A program made the position numbers and the translations under genes. The notes below the pieces were generated by a model that was not told the origin of the DNA, did no database searches, and was given only the letters and a program-made list of their open reading frames with translations. Source: Patescibacteria group bacterium (GTDB lineage: Bacteria; Patescibacteriota; JAHJAL01). From it: a stretch of 46,987 nt of DNA. How positions within the stretch are numbered: position 1 is the stretch's first letter; the number at the start of each line of letters is the position of its first letter. Below are positions 10,219 through 18,633 of the stretch, in pieces. Location: assembly GCA_049322675.1 (NCBI GenBank), contig JBMORM010000022.1, positions 1 to 46,987 of the forward strand, written 5' to 3'.

Positions 10219-11742
10219 ATGGTAAATATTTTAGGGATCGAAACCAGTTGTGATGAGACGGGAGTGGCGGTGGTACATGGGGGAAATTTCCAATTTCCAG
10301 TTTATCCCTCACGGGACCGAACTGCTGCTGGCAATTTCCAAAAAAATAATGTAGGGGCGGGTTTCAAACCTGCCCGTACGAGATGTGGCGATTTTCGAAT
10401 TCTAGCGGAGGGGTTGGCTAGTTCGGTGGATTTGCAGAAGGAATATGGCGGGGTGGTGCCGGAGTTGGCGAGTCGGGTGCATGTGGAGAAAATAAATCTG
10501 TTGTTGGCCAAATGTTTAAAACAAGCAAAGTTGGATTGGAGTGATATTGATGCGATCGCGGTGGCCAATGGTCCGGGGTTGGTTGGTTCATTATTGGTGG
10601 GAACGATGGTGGCGAAGACCTTGGGGATGGTTTTGGGAAAACCGTTGATATCTGTTAATCATCTTGAGGGACACATTTGTTCGGCTTTTTTGGCGGAAAA
10701 TACAGGAATTTTCAATTTTCAATTTTTCCCTCGCGGGACCGAACTGCTGCTGGCAATTTTTAATAAATTTTCAATTTCCAATTTTCAAAAAAATAATGTA
10801 GGGGCGGGTTTTAAACCCGCCCAGATAGGGGAAAATAATAAAAATCAGGAAAATACTTTTCCAATGTTGGTGTTGATTGTGAGTGGGGGGCATACGGAAT
10901 TGTTAATAATGAAGGATTTCGGGGAGTATGAGATGTTGGGGAGTACGGTGGATGATGCGGCGGGAGAGGCGTTTGATAAAGCGGCGAAAATACTGGGCCT
11001 GGATTATCCGGGAGGGCCGAGCATTTCGCGGCGGGCCGCGGAATGCAATTTCCAGTTTCCAATTTCCAGTTTCCAAACAAATAATGTAGGGGCGGGTTTT
11101 CCCCGCCCTTCGACGGAATTTTCTGGGTCGGAATTTTCCTGTTCTAATGTCAATATTGCGAAGGGCGGGGGAACCCCGCCCGTACAAACGGGTGAAAATT
11201 TTGATTTTGTTTTGCCGCGCCCGATGATTGAGACGGATGATTTCAATTTTTCTTTTTCGGGGCTTAAAACGGCGCTGTTATATAAATGGAAAGAAATTTC
11301 CAATTTTTCCCCTCACGGGGATCAGCTGGTGCCGAAATTTCCAATTTCCAAAAAATTTCCAATGACCAATTTCCAAATTGAGAAGGGAAAAAACATTAGT
11401 AGGGGCGGGGTTACCCCGCCCCTACGAGATGAATTGGTGAATAGGATGGCATATGAATTTCAGGAGGCGGTGGTGGATGTTTTGGTGACGAAGACGGTGA
11501 AGGCGGCGGAGAAGTTTAAGATTAATAAAGTGGCGATTGTCGGTGGGGTGGCAGCCAATGGGAGATTTAGAGAGGAGATGAAAATTCGATTGGATAAAAT
11601 CGGGCGGCAATTGATAGTTCCGCCGATTAAATATTGTACGGACAATGGGGCGAAGATCGCGGTGGCGGGATTTTTTAAATATCTAAAAAAAGATTTTACT
11701 GATTGGAAAAAGTTGGAAGTTAATAGCAATTGGGAACTTTGA
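10219..11742 (+). CDS. tsaD: tRNA N6-adenosine threonylcarbamoyltransferase TsaD carrying four in-frame repeat-derived insertions
   Basis: ILGIETSCDET, GGVVPELASRVH, GPGLVGSL, NHLEGH, VSGGHT, DDAAGEAFDK, FSFSGLKT, GGVAAN and CTDNG are all intact and in one frame. 507 aa. Confidence 0.95.
   Translation: MVNILGIETSCDETGVAVVHGGNFQFPVYPSRDRTAAGNFQKNNVGAGFKPARTRCGDFRILAEGLASSVDLQKEYGGVVPELASRVHVEKINLLLAKCLKQAKLDWSDIDAIAVANGPGLVGSLLVGTMVAKTLGMVLGKPLISVNHLEGHICSAFLAENTGIFNFQFFPRGTELLLAIFNKFSISNFQKNNVGAGFKPAQIGENNKNQENTFPMLVLIVSGGHTELLIMKDFGEYEMLGSTVDDAAGEAFDKAAKILGLDYPGGPSISRRAAECNFQFPISSFQTNNVGAGFPRPSTEFSGSEFSCSNVNIAKGGGTPPVQTGENFDFVLPRPMIETDDFNFSFSGLKTALLYKWKEISNFSPHGDQLVPKFPISKKFPMTNFQIEKGKNISRGGVTPPLRDELVNRMAYEFQEAVVDVLVTKTVKAAEKFKINKVAIVGGVAANGRFREEMKIRLDKIGRQLIVPPIKYCTDNGAKIAVAGFFKYLKKDFTDWKKLEVNSNWEL
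10285..10380 (+). repeat. tsaD insertion 1: heptamer tract + 31-nt unit + GTAG REP
   Basis: AATTTCC repeats, then the 31-nt unit at 10306-10336, then GTAGGGGCGGGTTTCAAACCTGCCCGTAC at 10351-10379. Encodes NFQFPVYPSRDRTAAGNFQKNNVGAGFKPART. Confidence 0.9.
10707..10825 (+). repeat. tsaD insertion 2: heptamer tract + 31-nt unit + GTAG REP
   Basis: 31-nt unit at 10728-10758 and GTAGGGGCGGGTTTTAAACCCGCCC at 10798-10822. Confidence 0.9.
11047..11190 (+). repeat. tsaD insertion 3: heptamer tract + inverted REP pair (REPIN-like)
   Basis: GTAGGGGCGGGTTTTCCCCGCCCT from 11086 and its inverted partner AGGGCGGGGGAACCCCGCCCGTAC ending at 11185. Confidence 0.9.
11295..11425 (+). repeat. tsaD insertion 4: heptamer tract + degenerate 31-nt unit + perfect REP palindrome
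   Basis: ccctcacggggatcagctggtgccgaaatt at 11310-11339 and GTAGGGGCGGGG-TTA-CCCCGCCCCTAC at 11399-11425. Confidence 0.9.
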
Positions 11743-11862
11743 AACAATTTTTAATTTGTAATTTTTAATTTCTAAATATATTTTGAGGATATTATTTAGA
11801 TATATTAAACTCTTAAAAACTCTTTTAAACGTTTATAAACTCTTTGAAACTGGGGAAAATTT

Positions 11863-12010
11863 ATTGTGTCATCCTGGAACTGAAAGTGTCCTACTGGGCG
11901 TTTTAATATCCAGGATCCAGAACAAAATTTAAATTAATTTTTTCTTCAAATTATTTTTCTGGATCCTGGATAATGGAGCGGATTACCTTCCATTTCCAGG
12001 ATGACACAAT
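11863..12010. repeat. GTGTCATCCTGG...CCAGGATGACAC palindromic MITE-like element, copy 1
   Basis: Terminal IR attgtgtcatcctggaa/ttccaggatgacacaat and inner IR atccaggatccag/ctggatcctggat. A related copy lies at 31451-31565. Confidence 0.85.
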
Positions 12011-12137
12011 TCTTTTTGTTCCAAATATCTAATATTTTGAATTACCTATTGTTATCTGTTATTTGTTTAGAAATTAGAAATTAGAAATTAAAAATTGTAA
12101 AATAAGGTAGTTATAAATATTATCGAAGGATGATGTT

Positions 12138-14954
12138 ATGAGTGACGAGATGGACAAGATATTTGAGCCGGAGAAGTATGAGAGGGAGATATATAGGTCG
12201 TGGGAGGAAGGCGGTTTTTTTAAGGTTGAAATTGATGAAAATAGACAGCCATATACTATTATGATGCCGCCGCCCAACGCGACGGGGGTGTTGCATATCG
12301 GTCATGCGGTATTTTTATCGGTGTCAGATGCGATTATCAGATATAAACGCATGAAGGGATTTAATGCTTTGTGGCTTCCGGGGACGGATCATGCGGCAAT
12401 CGCGACGCAGACCAAGGTCGAAAAATTGATTGCCAAAGAAGGTCTCAATCGATTCGATTTGGGGAGGGAAAAATTTGTCCAAAGGGTGAAAGATTATGTG
12501 GAAAATTCTCGTTCGACGATGAAAAAGCAAATCAGAGCGACGGGGGCGAGTTGTGACTGGTCGCGCGAGGCTTATACTTTTTCTGATGAATTGTCGGTGG
12601 CGGTTAATACGGCTTTTTCCAAATTGTATGAAAAAGGTTTGATTTATCGGGGAGATCGGATTGTCAATTGGTGTCCGCGTTGCGGATCGACGTTGGCCGA
12701 TGATGAACTGGAATACAAGACGGAGAAAACTATTTTATATACATTTAAATATGATAAAGATTTTCCGATAACGATTGCGACGACGCGGCCGGAGACCAAG
12801 TTGGGCGATACGGCAGTGGCGGTCAATCCGGAGGATAAAAGATATCAGAAATTTATTGGTCAGACTTTGACGGCGGATTTTTGTGGACAAAAACTGGAGA
12901 TCAAAATTATTGCGGATGCCAATGTGGAAAGTGATTTTGGAACCGGGGCCTTGGGAGTGACGCCGGCGCATAGTATGGTGGATTTTGAGATGGCGCAAAA
13001 AAATGATTTGCCGGTTATCAAAATTATTGGTGAAGATGGCAAGATGAATGAGGCAGCGGGCGATTTTGTCGGTATGTCGGTAAAAGAAGCTCGGGAAAAA
13101 GTAATTGAAAACTTGAGAAAAAATAATCTGATCGAAAAAGAAGAAGAAATTGAACACAATTTGTCGGTTTGTTATCGTTGTTCGACTCCGATTGAACCGC
13201 TAACCAGCAAACAGTGGTTTGTAGATGTGCATAAAAAAGTGGATGGTTGGGATCGGGAAAAAATTAAAGGGTTGAATGTCGGAGAAAAGTATTCGATAAA
13301 AGATGTGGCGCGGTTGGTGGTGACCAATGGTCAGATTGAATTGATGCCGGAATCTTTCAATAAAGTGTATTTTAGTTGGATGGACAATTTGCGGGATTGG
13401 TGTATATCTAGGCAGATTTGGTGGGGACACCGGATTCCTGTTTGGTACAGGAATAATTTTCAATTTCCAATTTCCAATTTCCAATCAATTTCCAATTTTC
13501 AAACAAATAATGTAGGGGCACAGAATTCTGTGCCCATTGATGGAAAAAATACCAATCAGGAAATATATGTGGGAGTGAATCCGCCGGAGGGGGAGGGGTG
13601 GGTGCAGGATCAGGATACTTTGGATACTTGGTTTTCTTCGGCGTTGTGGACTTTCTCGACTTTGGGTTGGCCGGAAAAAACGGTGGATTTGTCGTACTTT
13701 CATCCTACGGATTTGATGGTAACAGGACGAGAAATTATTTTTCAGTGGGTGGCGAGGATGATTATTATGTCAACTTATCTGATGGGTGAGATTCCGTTTA
13801 AAAAAGTTTATTTTACCGGCTTGTTGTTTGATAAAGAAGGGCGCAAGATGAGCAAGTCGCTGGAAAACATTATCGATCCGATGGAGATGATTGAAAAATA
13901 CGGAGCGGATGCATTGCGCTTGTCTATTATAGTTGGTAATACGCCGGGAGTTGATTTTAAATATTATGATGAAAAAATAATCGGTCAGAGAAATTTCATA
14001 AATAAATTGTGGAATGTATCACGATTTATTATGGGCAAATTGGAACCGGGGATTGGTGGGGAGCAGATTGATATTCGGGATATTAGAGAAATAAATTTGA
14101 CCAAGGTGGACAAGTGGATTTTGAGCAAAATGGATGATTTGATTCAAAGAACTGGTAAACATTTGGATAATTATCGATTGGGGTTGGCGATTGAAGAAAT
14201 AAATAATTTTGTCTGGCATGATTTGGCGGATTGGTACCTTGAAATCATAAAATTTCCAATTTTCAATTTTCAATTTTCAAACAATAATGTAGGGGCAGGT
14301 CGCGACCTGCCTGATAATGAGATACAGCAAAGAAATCGGGACATACAGAAAATTTTGATTTTTATTTTGCAGAATATATTGGTTTTATTACATCCGTTTG
14401 TGCCGTTTGTGACGGAAGTGATATGGGAGAAATTGGGGAAGGGAGATTGGGGAAGATTGATTGCTCAGCCTTGGCCTGAGGTTTATGGGTTTGATTATCG
14501 TGATGAGCAAAAGGAAGTGAATAGTATTATCTTTGTTATTTCTCAAGTAAGGCAGGCGTTGACTGACGCTGGTTTGCAGACCCAAAATAATTTGGAATTG
14601 AAGTTGGTTTTTGAGGAAAAAAATCATGATGGGGCTTTATTGATGGAAACAATGGGAAAGATGCTACGAGCGGTAAAAAAGATTGATAAAGTAAATAGTG
14701 TGGCAGGTGATTCGTTGGTGGTAAATGTTGATGATGTTAAAGTTGGGATAAATGTAGATGAAAGTGTTTTGAAAGAAAGAAAAGAACAAGAAAAAAAAGA
14801 GTTGGTTGATTTGGAAAAATATATTGCAGATTTATCCAAGAGATTGGAAAATAAGCAGTTTGTAGAAAATGCACCAAAGGAAGTAGTTGAAAAAGAGCGG
14901 GAAAAATTGGCTAAGGCGAGGGAGAGACGCAGTCAACTTGCAATTAATAATTAG
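12138..14954 (+). CDS. valS: Valyl-tRNA synthetase with two in-frame repeat-derived insertions
   Basis: 938 aa with PPPNATGVLHIGH, PGTDHAAIATQ, ATTRPET, DWCISRQIWWGHRIP, DTLDTWFSS, KMSKS and a C-terminal coiled coil. Confidence 0.97.
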   Translation: MSDEMDKIFEPEKYEREIYRSWEEGGFFKVEIDENRQPYTIMMPPPNATGVLHIGHAVFLSVSDAIIRYKRMKGFNALWLPGTDHAAIATQTKVEKLIAKEGLNRFDLGREKFVQRVKDYVENSRSTMKKQIRATGASCDWSREAYTFSDELSVAVNTAFSKLYEKGLIYRGDRIVNWCPRCGSTLADDELEYKTEKTILYTFKYDKDFPITIATTRPETKLGDTAVAVNPEDKRYQKFIGQTLTADFCGQKLEIKIIADANVESDFGTGALGVTPAHSMVDFEMAQKNDLPVIKIIGEDGKMNEAAGDFVGMSVKEAREKVIENLRKNNLIEKEEEIEHNLSVCYRCSTPIEPLTSKQWFVDVHKKVDGWDREKIKGLNVGEKYSIKDVARLVVTNGQIELMPESFNKVYFSWMDNLRDWCISRQIWWGHRIPVWYRNNFQFPISNFQSISNFQTNNVGAQNSVPIDGKNTNQEIYVGVNPPEGEGWVQDQDTLDTWFSSALWTFSTLGWPEKTVDLSYFHPTDLMVTGREIIFQWVARMIIMSTYLMGEIPFKKVYFTGLLFDKEGRKMSKSLENIIDPMEMIEKYGADALRLSIIVGNTPGVDFKYYDEKIIGQRNFINKLWNVSRFIMGKLEPGIGGEQIDIRDIREINLTKVDKWILSKMDDLIQRTGKHLDNYRLGLAIEEINNFVWHDLADWYLEIIKFPIFNFQFSNNNVGAGRDLPDNEIQQRNRDIQKILIFILQNILVLLHPFVPFVTEVIWEKLGKGDWGRLIAQPWPEVYGFDYRDEQKEVNSIIFVISQVRQALTDAGLQTQNNLELKLVFEEKNHDGALLMETMGKMLRAVKKIDKVNSVAGDSLVVNVDDVKVGINVDESVLKERKEQEKKELVDLEKYIADLSKRLENKQFVENAPKEVVEKEREKLAKARERRSQLAINN
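13455..13540 (+). repeat. valS insertion 1: heptamer tract + GTAG REP
   Basis: (AATTTCC)n followed by GTAGGGGCACAGAATTCTGTGCCC at 13512-13535. Encodes NFQFPISNFQSISNFQTNNVGAQNSVP. Confidence 0.9.
14251..14312 (+). repeat. valS insertion 2: heptamer tract + GTAG REP
   Basis: (AATTTTC)n followed by GTAGGGGCAGGTCGCGACCTGCC at 14289-14311. Encodes FPIFNFQFSNNNVGAGRDLP. Confidence 0.9.
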
Positions 14955-14966
14955 CAATGAACAATT

Positions 14967-15163
14967 GTTGGAAAGTTATAAAGTTGTAAAGTGGGAGAAA
15001 ATGATATGAATTTAACTTGATAATTTTATGATTTTTTAACTTTTTAACTGCGATTTATTTATTGGGTTTTGTTGGAAAGTTATAAAGTTTATAAAGTTGT
15101 AAAGTGGGAGAAAAAGATATGAATTTAACTTTCAACTTGATAACTTTTAACTTTTTTTAACTG
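14967..15163. repeat. Tandem pair (~104-bp period) of AAAGTTN/NAACTTT hairpin elements
   Basis: gttggaaagttataaagtt...gtgggagaaa..gatatgaatttaact occurs at 14967 and again at 15071. Confidence 0.75.
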
Positions 15164-15171
15164 TAATTTTA

Positions 15172-16095
15172 ATGCAAAATTGGAAAAAAATATTATATTC
15201 CGTGGGGATGGGGGTGGTGGCTTGTTTGATTGTGGTGGCAACTGGTGTGTTGCTTTGGCAATTGACGGCCGGACAACGACGGACGATGGCGGAGGAATAT
15301 TTACAGAAGGCTGATGATTATTTGGCCGAAGATGACGGACAGGCTTTGTGGGAGTTGACAAAAGCCTATACTTTGGATTTGAGTTATCGGGATTATCGAG
15401 TAAAGAGGGCTTTGGCTTTGCGGACTTTGGGCGACAAAGATGCGGAAAAAGAGTTGAAGGAAGTAATTGATCTTAATTGGGCTGATGACATGGTGAATTT
15501 TCGTTATGCCGAGATTTTGTTGGAACAAGGTAAGGAAAATGAGGCGGTTGATTTTTTTAAAAAGGTGACGAATCGAGCTGATAGTGAGGTAAAAAATGAG
15601 GTTTTGTTGAATTTGCTGCAGTTGGCTGGAAATCAGGGAAAGTGGGAAGAGGCGGTGGGTTTTCGAGGGCAATTGATTGATCTGGAAAAAAATAATCCGG
15701 AAAAATTGCGTTATGAAGCGGCTCTTTCTTTGGTGACGGTAGATTTGAATGATGAACTGAAAAAAAAGTTGAAGTTGGTATTGGGTGAAAAATTTTCGGA
15801 AGAAAAATATACCATTTTGAATCAAGTGAATGGGGATAGTTATGTGGTGCAAGCGGCTGATTGGTTGTTGGATTTGGGTTTGACAAAGTGGGGTCGTAAT
15901 TATCTGCAACAGTTGGATCAAACTGATTTGGAAATGATAGATGTTTATTTGTTGCAAGCCAAGAGTTATTGGTTGGAAGGAAAATGTGCTTTGGCTGCGG
16001 ATTATATTGAACGGACGTATCAAATTGATTCGACAAATGAGCAGGTGAGGGAGTGGGAAGAGTTGATAGGTGGGGGATGTAGAGAATTAAAATAA
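15172..16095 (+). CDS. Membrane-anchored TPR-repeat protein
   Basis: 307 aa. An N-terminal TM helix is followed by helical repeats such as YAEILLEQGKENEAVDFFKKV and AKSYWLEGKCALAADY. Confidence 0.7.
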   Translation: MQNWKKILYSVGMGVVACLIVVATGVLLWQLTAGQRRTMAEEYLQKADDYLAEDDGQALWELTKAYTLDLSYRDYRVKRALALRTLGDKDAEKELKEVIDLNWADDMVNFRYAEILLEQGKENEAVDFFKKVTNRADSEVKNEVLLNLLQLAGNQGKWEEAVGFRGQLIDLEKNNPEKLRYEAALSLVTVDLNDELKKKLKLVLGEKFSEEKYTILNQVNGDSYVVQAADWLLDLGLTKWGRNYLQQLDQTDLEMIDVYLLQAKSYWLEGKCALAADYIERTYQIDSTNEQVREWEELIGGGCRELK

Positions 16096-16247
16096 ATTTC
16101 CAATTTCCAATTTTCGATTTCCAATAAAGGCTCAATTTTTCCCTCACGGGACCGAACCGCTGCTGGCAATTTTCAAACAAGTAGGTATTTCATTGGAAAT
16201 TGTGAATTGGAAATTTTTTGGAAATTGGAAATTGTGAATTGGAAATT
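16095..16247. repeat. Heptamer hairpin element with 31-nt unit
   Basis: The (AATTTCC)n arm abuts the upstream stop codon, the 31-nt unit lies at 16141-16171, and the (GGAAATT)n arm ends 8 nt before the next ATG. Confidence 0.9.
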
Positions 16248-16255
16248 GCTAATTT

Positions 16256-17698
16256 ATGGAAATAAATATATTAAAGAGAAAGGCTTGGAAGTGGTTGGGG
16301 GAGAACAGGGAATATTTGATTATATCTCTGGTTTTTTTGTTGGTTTATTGTTTGTTGTCGGTGGTCAAGCATTTTAATTTTCAGACGGCGGCGTTTGATA
16401 TGGGGATTTTTAATCAATCGCTTTATTTGTATTCCCATGGTTGGTTGGGTCCAAATACGATTAGACAAGTGGCGACGTTGTTTGGAGATCATTTTGAGCC
16501 GATAATGCTTTTGATCAGCCCTTTGTATTATATTTTTCGGTCATATACTTTGCTTTTGGTACAGATAGCGGCGGTGATTTTTGGTGGGACCGGGGTGTAT
16601 TTGTTGGTGAAAAAGGAGACGAATGATAAAAAATTGGCGGTAGGTTCTTTGTTAATATTTTATTTGTTTTATGGGGTATATGATGCGATAGTTTTTGATT
16701 ATCACAATGGAGTATTGGGGATCATGTTGATACCTTGGTTGTTTTATTGTTGGTCGGTTCGTAAATGGGGTTGGTACTATGCGTTGTTGATTTTGATGTT
16801 GTTGTGTAAGGAAAATTTGGCTTTGATGTTGTTTTGTTTGGGATTTTCAATTTGGTGGTGGGCTGACAAGAAGGATAAAAAACATAGTTTGATAACTGGT
16901 GGTTTGAGCGCGGTCTATTTTTTGGTAGTAATATATTTGCTTATTCCCCATTTCAATGAGGGAAAATATGATCATTGGTTGTCTTATGCCAAATATGGGG
17001 CGACGCCGGTGGCGGGTTTGATATTTTTTCTGACCCATCCGTGGGAGTTGGTAAAGTTATTTTTTGATGATATTCAAAAAATTAAGACTTGGGGAATGAT
17101 TTTGCTGACCGGGGGAATTTTGGCTTTTTGGAAACCGAAATATTCTTTGATATTGTTGCCGGTGTTGGCACAAAAATTTTTGTCGGCTAATCCGGTTTAT
17201 TGGGGGCATATTTTTCATTATTCAATCGAGTTTTCTTTGGTGATTGCTATCGGGGTGGGAGTATTTTTGGGTCAAATAAAAAAACCAATCTGGAAATATG
17301 GTTTGATGGTGTTTTTTGTAATAATGAATGTAGCGGTTTTAAATAGTGTTCATTTTTATGATGGTCGGACGATTAGAGATATTTTCTTACCAAAAAATTA
17401 TCAAATTGGTTTTGATCGAAATGATGTGTGGGAGGCGATGAAATTGATTCCGGCGGGGGCGGCGGTGAGTGCGCAAAATACCCTGGTGTCTCATCTGGCC
17501 GATCGGAGGAAAATATTTTTGTATCCGGCGGTGGAGGATAGTGAATATATTATTTTCAACTTGAAAGATTTTAGTTTTTGGCCGACGACAAAGGAGGATG
17601 TTGAACGGGATGTGTTGAAGTATGAACAAAGTGGTTCTGGGTGGGACAAGGTTTATGAAAAAAATGGGGTGGTTCTTTTTAGGAAAATCAACGATTAA
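16256..17698 (+). CDS. DUF2079-like polytopic membrane protein (probable GT-C glycosyltransferase)
   Basis: 480 aa with many TM helices and the motifs FDMGIFNQ, FGDHFEPI, FDYH, CKEN and FHYS. Confidence 0.75.
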   Translation: MEINILKRKAWKWLGENREYLIISLVFLLVYCLLSVVKHFNFQTAAFDMGIFNQSLYLYSHGWLGPNTIRQVATLFGDHFEPIMLLISPLYYIFRSYTLLLVQIAAVIFGGTGVYLLVKKETNDKKLAVGSLLIFYLFYGVYDAIVFDYHNGVLGIMLIPWLFYCWSVRKWGWYYALLILMLLCKENLALMLFCLGFSIWWWADKKDKKHSLITGGLSAVYFLVVIYLLIPHFNEGKYDHWLSYAKYGATPVAGLIFFLTHPWELVKLFFDDIQKIKTWGMILLTGGILAFWKPKYSLILLPVLAQKFLSANPVYWGHIFHYSIEFSLVIAIGVGVFLGQIKKPIWKYGLMVFFVIMNVAVLNSVHFYDGRTIRDIFLPKNYQIGFDRNDVWEAMKLIPAGAAVSAQNTLVSHLADRRKIFLYPAVEDSEYIIFNLKDFSFWPTTKEDVERDVLKYEQSGSGWDKVYEKNGVVLFRKIND

Positions 17699-17762
17699 CA
17701 TTAATAATGAATAATTAATAGTGAATAATAATTGGATGGTTAAAAGTTGGAAAGTTGGGGGG

Positions 17763-17796
17763 ATAAAAAAACGAACTTGTTGGTTCGTTTTTTTAT
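17763..17796. terminator. Bidirectional intrinsic terminator
   Basis: ATAAAAAAACGAAC-6 nt-GTTCGTTTTTTTAT forms a perfect 14-bp stem between convergent genes. Confidence 0.75.
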
Positions 17797-17815
17797 TATT
17801 TGCTGGGAGAAAATT

Positions 17816-18604
17816 TTAATGGTTGGTTAGATTTATTTTCCACTGTTTTTCAAAGTATTTAATTATGTTGTCTGTTTCTTCTTGGGAGAAGTGGAGGTCG
17901 AGGAGTTTTTTTTCGATGGTGATGGGGGTTTCGGTGATGATCATGTCGCCATTGTGGTTGATTGGTTGAGATTTGGGTGCAAAAATTTTTGATTGAATCG
18001 GATAATCTTGCGGTAGGGATGGTAGTTGGTGACTGTGGAGATAATCGGGGTCAACGTAGCATTCGATTTGCGGATAGGTGCCTGAATAGTTGTAAAACAG
18101 ATGACGATGGAGATGAAAAAGAGCGTAACAGCGCTTGAGGTTTTTGGGGATCGATTCGCAATGCATAAATTGGCAGAATTTTCCCCAGTTTTCGCGGGCG
18201 ATCCAGCGAAAATTTTCTTTGTGATGCCAAAAATCAATCACTTGTTGGAAGGTAGGAGAGTACTGGTTGCCAGATTTGGCGTAGTTGGTCAGACGGAAGT
18301 CGGGTGGTTCGGTAAAGCCACTTTCGTATTCCAGGAGGGCGAGATCGATTGGTTTGTCTTGAGCGCTTTGGGTTAAATTGTCTTTGGCCAATCGGATTTT
18401 TTTGTCGAGGTTGTCGGGGTTGTAGTAGCGGGGTTGGTAGCCGAGTTGGTCGGCCAAGTATTTTATTTTTTCCGGCCAGTTGATTGATTCGGTGAGATCG
18501 TCGCTGGATTGATATATTTGTTTGACGGCGGCGAGTTCCAACTGGTCAACCGGACCGAAGTAGTCGGGAGAGGTGGAAATATGTTTTTCCAGATGATTTT
18601 TCAT
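17816..18604 (-). CDS. Hypothetical protein
   Basis: 262-aa ATG ORF, co-oriented with and 29 nt from the upstream gene. No motif recognised. Confidence 0.6.
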   Translation of the reverse strand: MKNHLEKHISTSPDYFGPVDQLELAAVKQIYQSSDDLTESINWPEKIKYLADQLGYQPRYYNPDNLDKKIRLAKDNLTQSAQDKPIDLALLEYESGFTEPPDFRLTNYAKSGNQYSPTFQQVIDFWHHKENFRWIARENWGKFCQFMHCESIPKNLKRCYALFHLHRHLFYNYSGTYPQIECYVDPDYLHSHQLPSLPQDYPIQSKIFAPKSQPINHNGDMIITETPITIEKKLLDLHFSQEETDNIIKYFEKQWKINLTNH

Positions 18605-18633
18605 TTTTTGTTTGGGTTTTCAGGTGAAATTGA

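Noticed and set aside
10219-11742. tsaD as a pseudogene or intein-containing gene
   Set aside because: There are no stops or frameshifts and all motifs are intact. The inserts are short, lack intein C/S...HN ends and match intergenic repeats.
15301-16180. Antisense ORFs of 240 and 207 aa
   Set aside because: They are shadows of the TPR gene caused by skewed codon usage and have no motifs.
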